Source: Chiloscyllium plagiosum | Taxonomy: Eukaryota | NCBI RefSeq assembly: GCF_004010195.1 | Contig: NC_057718.1 | Span: forward strand, 101,550,559-101,614,558 | Direction: 5' to 3' | Length of the DNA stretch: 64,000 nt | Part shown: positions 61,149 to 64,000 of the stretch, piece by piece | Position numbering within the stretch: position 1 is the stretch's first letter | Layout: every line of letters begins with the position of its first letter | The notes under the pieces: model-generated | Told to the model about the DNA's origin: nothing | Databases searched by the model: none | What the model saw: only the letters and a program-made list of their open reading frames with translations | Made by a program: the position numbers and the translations under genes

Positions 61149-63779
61149 TCAAATGGTTCATGGTTTGGGCAAGGCTCCAAGATGAACAGGAGCCCAATCC
61201 CTGCGAAGAGAGACTGACAGGTGAGAGTAGGACAAGAGCACGGCCTGGATTTCAGTAGGGTGCACTGTCAGAGGATGGGAGGGGGTGTGGATTGGGAGTC
61301 ACAACCCTATTTGCCCTTTCTCCACCTCTAACTGGATTTGCAAAGCACCGTTTGGAAACCACCACCTTCAACCTTTCAAGAAAGGTGCCTTGCAGAGTCT
61401 TAAGACTGGTGCTGCTGTTGGTATATACTTTAGAGACTAGCAATGGGGGAACTGTGGAGGTGTTGCAATCAAACCTCAAGCAATATGTCCAATCAGGGCA
61501 ACTGTAGACCAGTACATTTTGATTTTGCTTCTTTCTCAGACAGAACGGTGCTGATGAACTCGTGTTGACTAGATGTGTGTTCCCATGGCCTAGAAGACTT
61601 AGTGGCAATCTCATCAAGCGATTAAAATTCTCCAGGGGTTTGTCAGGCAACAACTCCTGGGCAGATGTTTCATCCTCAACCAAACATGCAGAGAAACCTG
61701 GCAGGTCAGGCAGCCTCTGTGGAGAGAGAGGAAACGGAGTTAACCTTTCTTCCTGACATTTCTTTCTGCCTGGAGAATCTGTCTCAGTTTCGAGATAAGG
61801 GAGCTGAGATAAACAGCAGTTTCTTCCCTCAGGAGTTTGGACCTTTCCAACTCTCTCCCCCCAGGGGTGCTGATTTTCAAGACTGACGTTAATGGACCTT
61901 TGTGTACTTGGGTGTGGGAACAGTGCAGGAAGGTAGCTGAGGTATAAGATCAGCCAATTTTCTGTTTGATTCCTCTCCAAATGATATGACAGAATTAAGC
62001 TTCACACTGTAAGTAGGAAGCTACATTTCACTATTGCCAGTCTGTTATAGTTTAACAGTGTGAGCATATGCACCATATGTCATATTGCACTCATTATTGG
62101 GGATGAAGTCAGACGAGCAATTTTTCACTCTTGTCTAATGCTCATACCCTGGTTTTAATCTACCGTGTAATTAATAATTGAAAACCGAGGAGATTGGTAG
62201 CTGGTGGATATATTAAAATGGGATAATCAGCCTTTTATTCCTCCTGTAAGACAGTGGAGAAACAACAGCTTCTCTTTGACAAGTTTCCCGTTGACAGAAG
62301 TGTTTTGTTTCTCACTGCTGGGAACCCTGACAATGTGACCCTGGAGTGAACTGCACTCCTGAAGAAGATCACTTTGATGAGTTCATGCTAATGAGTATTT
62401 TTGGGTATCAGTATTAAGCAATCACTGTTGTCTGTAGCCTCGGTTCACACAAACTGAACTTGTGCTAGTGACACCTTTCTCATAGCTGCTCTTGATTGAC
62501 TCCTTTGGAAGTAACAGATCGGATGTGAAATTACATATTAAATATTAATAGTGTTGCTGTGGGCTTAATACATTCCTTGTTTCTTCGTCGAATTTGCATG
62601 TACATTGCCTCTTCTTTCATTTTATCATTCATCATTCGACCACATACATTCATCTTGCTCCACCCTGTCTCTGGATTGCTGAATACAGGATTATCTCTGT
62701 TGTGTCAGCTCCCCTTCACTGTAAAGTATGGAAAATGAGACCCTTTCAATATTCTGAACATGCATCACTTGTATCTCCCTTCAAGACAGTGGCAAGGAAG
62801 ACAAATGGTGGCTGTGCCCACTAAGTCTGTACTTGCTGAGAAACACTGAACAACCTCATTCCACTGTTTCTGTGGAGCTCATTTCATTCTTGAGTTTATC
62901 ATTTGTCACAGCTCACACCCCAAGTTGCGAGTCGGAGCAGAAATAAATATTCTGAAGGATGGATGCCTACAGGACTCACTTCAACTAATTCCTGTATCTG
63001 TTGTAATCCCCACAGACTCTACAGTGTTTGACTGAGCTGGGGCTGATTATCTGATTATTAGTTTATTTTGTTTAACTAGGGAATATTATTTGCTGTCAGA
63101 ACCAAAAATAAAATGAAGCTGTGTCTGATTAATGATATCAGGTGACACGATTATTTGAGCTGGAGATCTGTCTCGGAATATTTCAAATGAGGTTGTTCTG
63201 CAGCTCTACAATGCTTAAGACTGAATAAAAATACAGGGAAGCTCATAAATCTGTTGTAAAAGGAAATTTAAAATTGTGTGTTTCTTAGTGATGTATTATG
63301 TTCAAGGTTTTGGTGTGCCAGAGTATTTGCGTATACTATTTGCATTACAGAACTTACTAGTAATTATTTATAATTTATCCAGAGGATCGCTTTTTTGCCT
63401 CTGGGTAATCTGTTGTAATCCTCAGTGAATGAAACCAATGGGGAACAGAGCGGGGTGCTTACAACATAGAAACAGACCATTCCACTGAACAAACCCATTA
63501 ACGTTCCATATGAGCTTCCTCTAACACTTCACTGTCTAACCCGAGCAACATATCTGTTCTATTCATTTCTCCTTTATTTGTTTGTCATGGTTTATCTTCA
63601 ATGCATCTCGATGCCCGTGAAGTAAAGAGTACCACATTTGGACTATTATCAAGTTTCCTCTTGATTTCTAATCCCCTTCGCGATCATTTGTTTATGTCTG
63701 TTTCCAGCCTCTCTTCTCAGAGCTTCTTGACGTGAGGAGGGGATTGACCACAAGAACAGCCCGTGCAAGAGCCTGTGGA

Positions 63780-63990
63780 TTCTTTAAATGTGGGGGGACT
63801 GTAGCTAATGGCTGGTGGTGGGTGATGAGGAAGGGATTGTCCTGCTCTTCTGTGTTGGAAAGATCTTGATAGTCAACCTGTTTGGCCATGTGATGAACAT
63901 ACCTTGCTTGACCATCAAGACCTGGAGTGAGACTTGAATCCAAATCTCCTGGCTCAGAGGCAGGGACACTAGCACTGTGCCACAAAAGCT
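63780..63990 (-). mobile_element. tRNA-derived SINE (family D)
   Basis: Reverse strand TGTGGCACAGTGCTAGTGTCCCTGCCTCTGAGCC...GGATTCAAGTC (A/B-box-like). Confidence 0.6.
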
Positions 63991-64000
63991 CTCCCCTTTC

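Noticed and set aside
917..61217. Recurrent ORFs of the type MDCGRKLEHPEETHTDTGRMCKLHTDS as a protein family
   Set aside because: They are antisense translations of HE1 SINE copies.
61252..61980. Longest ORF (242 aa, minus strand)
   Set aside because: It runs across degenerate CR1 and H3 pieces, has no recognisable domain and is probably a chance frame.
1..64000. CRISPR arrays, operons or other prokaryotic systems
   Set aside because: The sequence is vertebrate repeat-rich DNA with no regularly spaced repeats or dense ORFs.

Overview
Eukaryotic, repeat-dominated, apparently non-coding DNA (intron or intergenic) from a cartilaginous fish. The organism is inferred from 14 HE1-type tRNA-derived SINEs and their partner HER1/CR1-type LINE fragments, which are characteristic of elasmobranchs. 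No host exon could be supported, and every ORF I could recognise is a transposon remnant. The window holds many CR1-group and L2 LINE fragments, several SINE families, an internally deleted Tigger/pogo transposon (3987-4559), a solo LTR (50130-50733) and two assembly gaps. It also holds a 5'-truncated Penelope-like element (54023-56206) with RT and GIY-YIG remnants, 459-bp inverted arms, a 14-bp target-site duplication and two intact minimal hammerhead ribozyme cores. The most notable pattern is about 20 short (about 70-400 bp) non-coding insertions from three families. Their better-preserved copies carry a minimal hammerhead motif, several are fold-back palindromes, and several have 9-19 bp target-site duplications. 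They look like Penelope-type termini or retrozyme-like mini-elements. Family names come from recognition, not database searches. Boundaries of old repeats are approximate (+/-20-50 bp).
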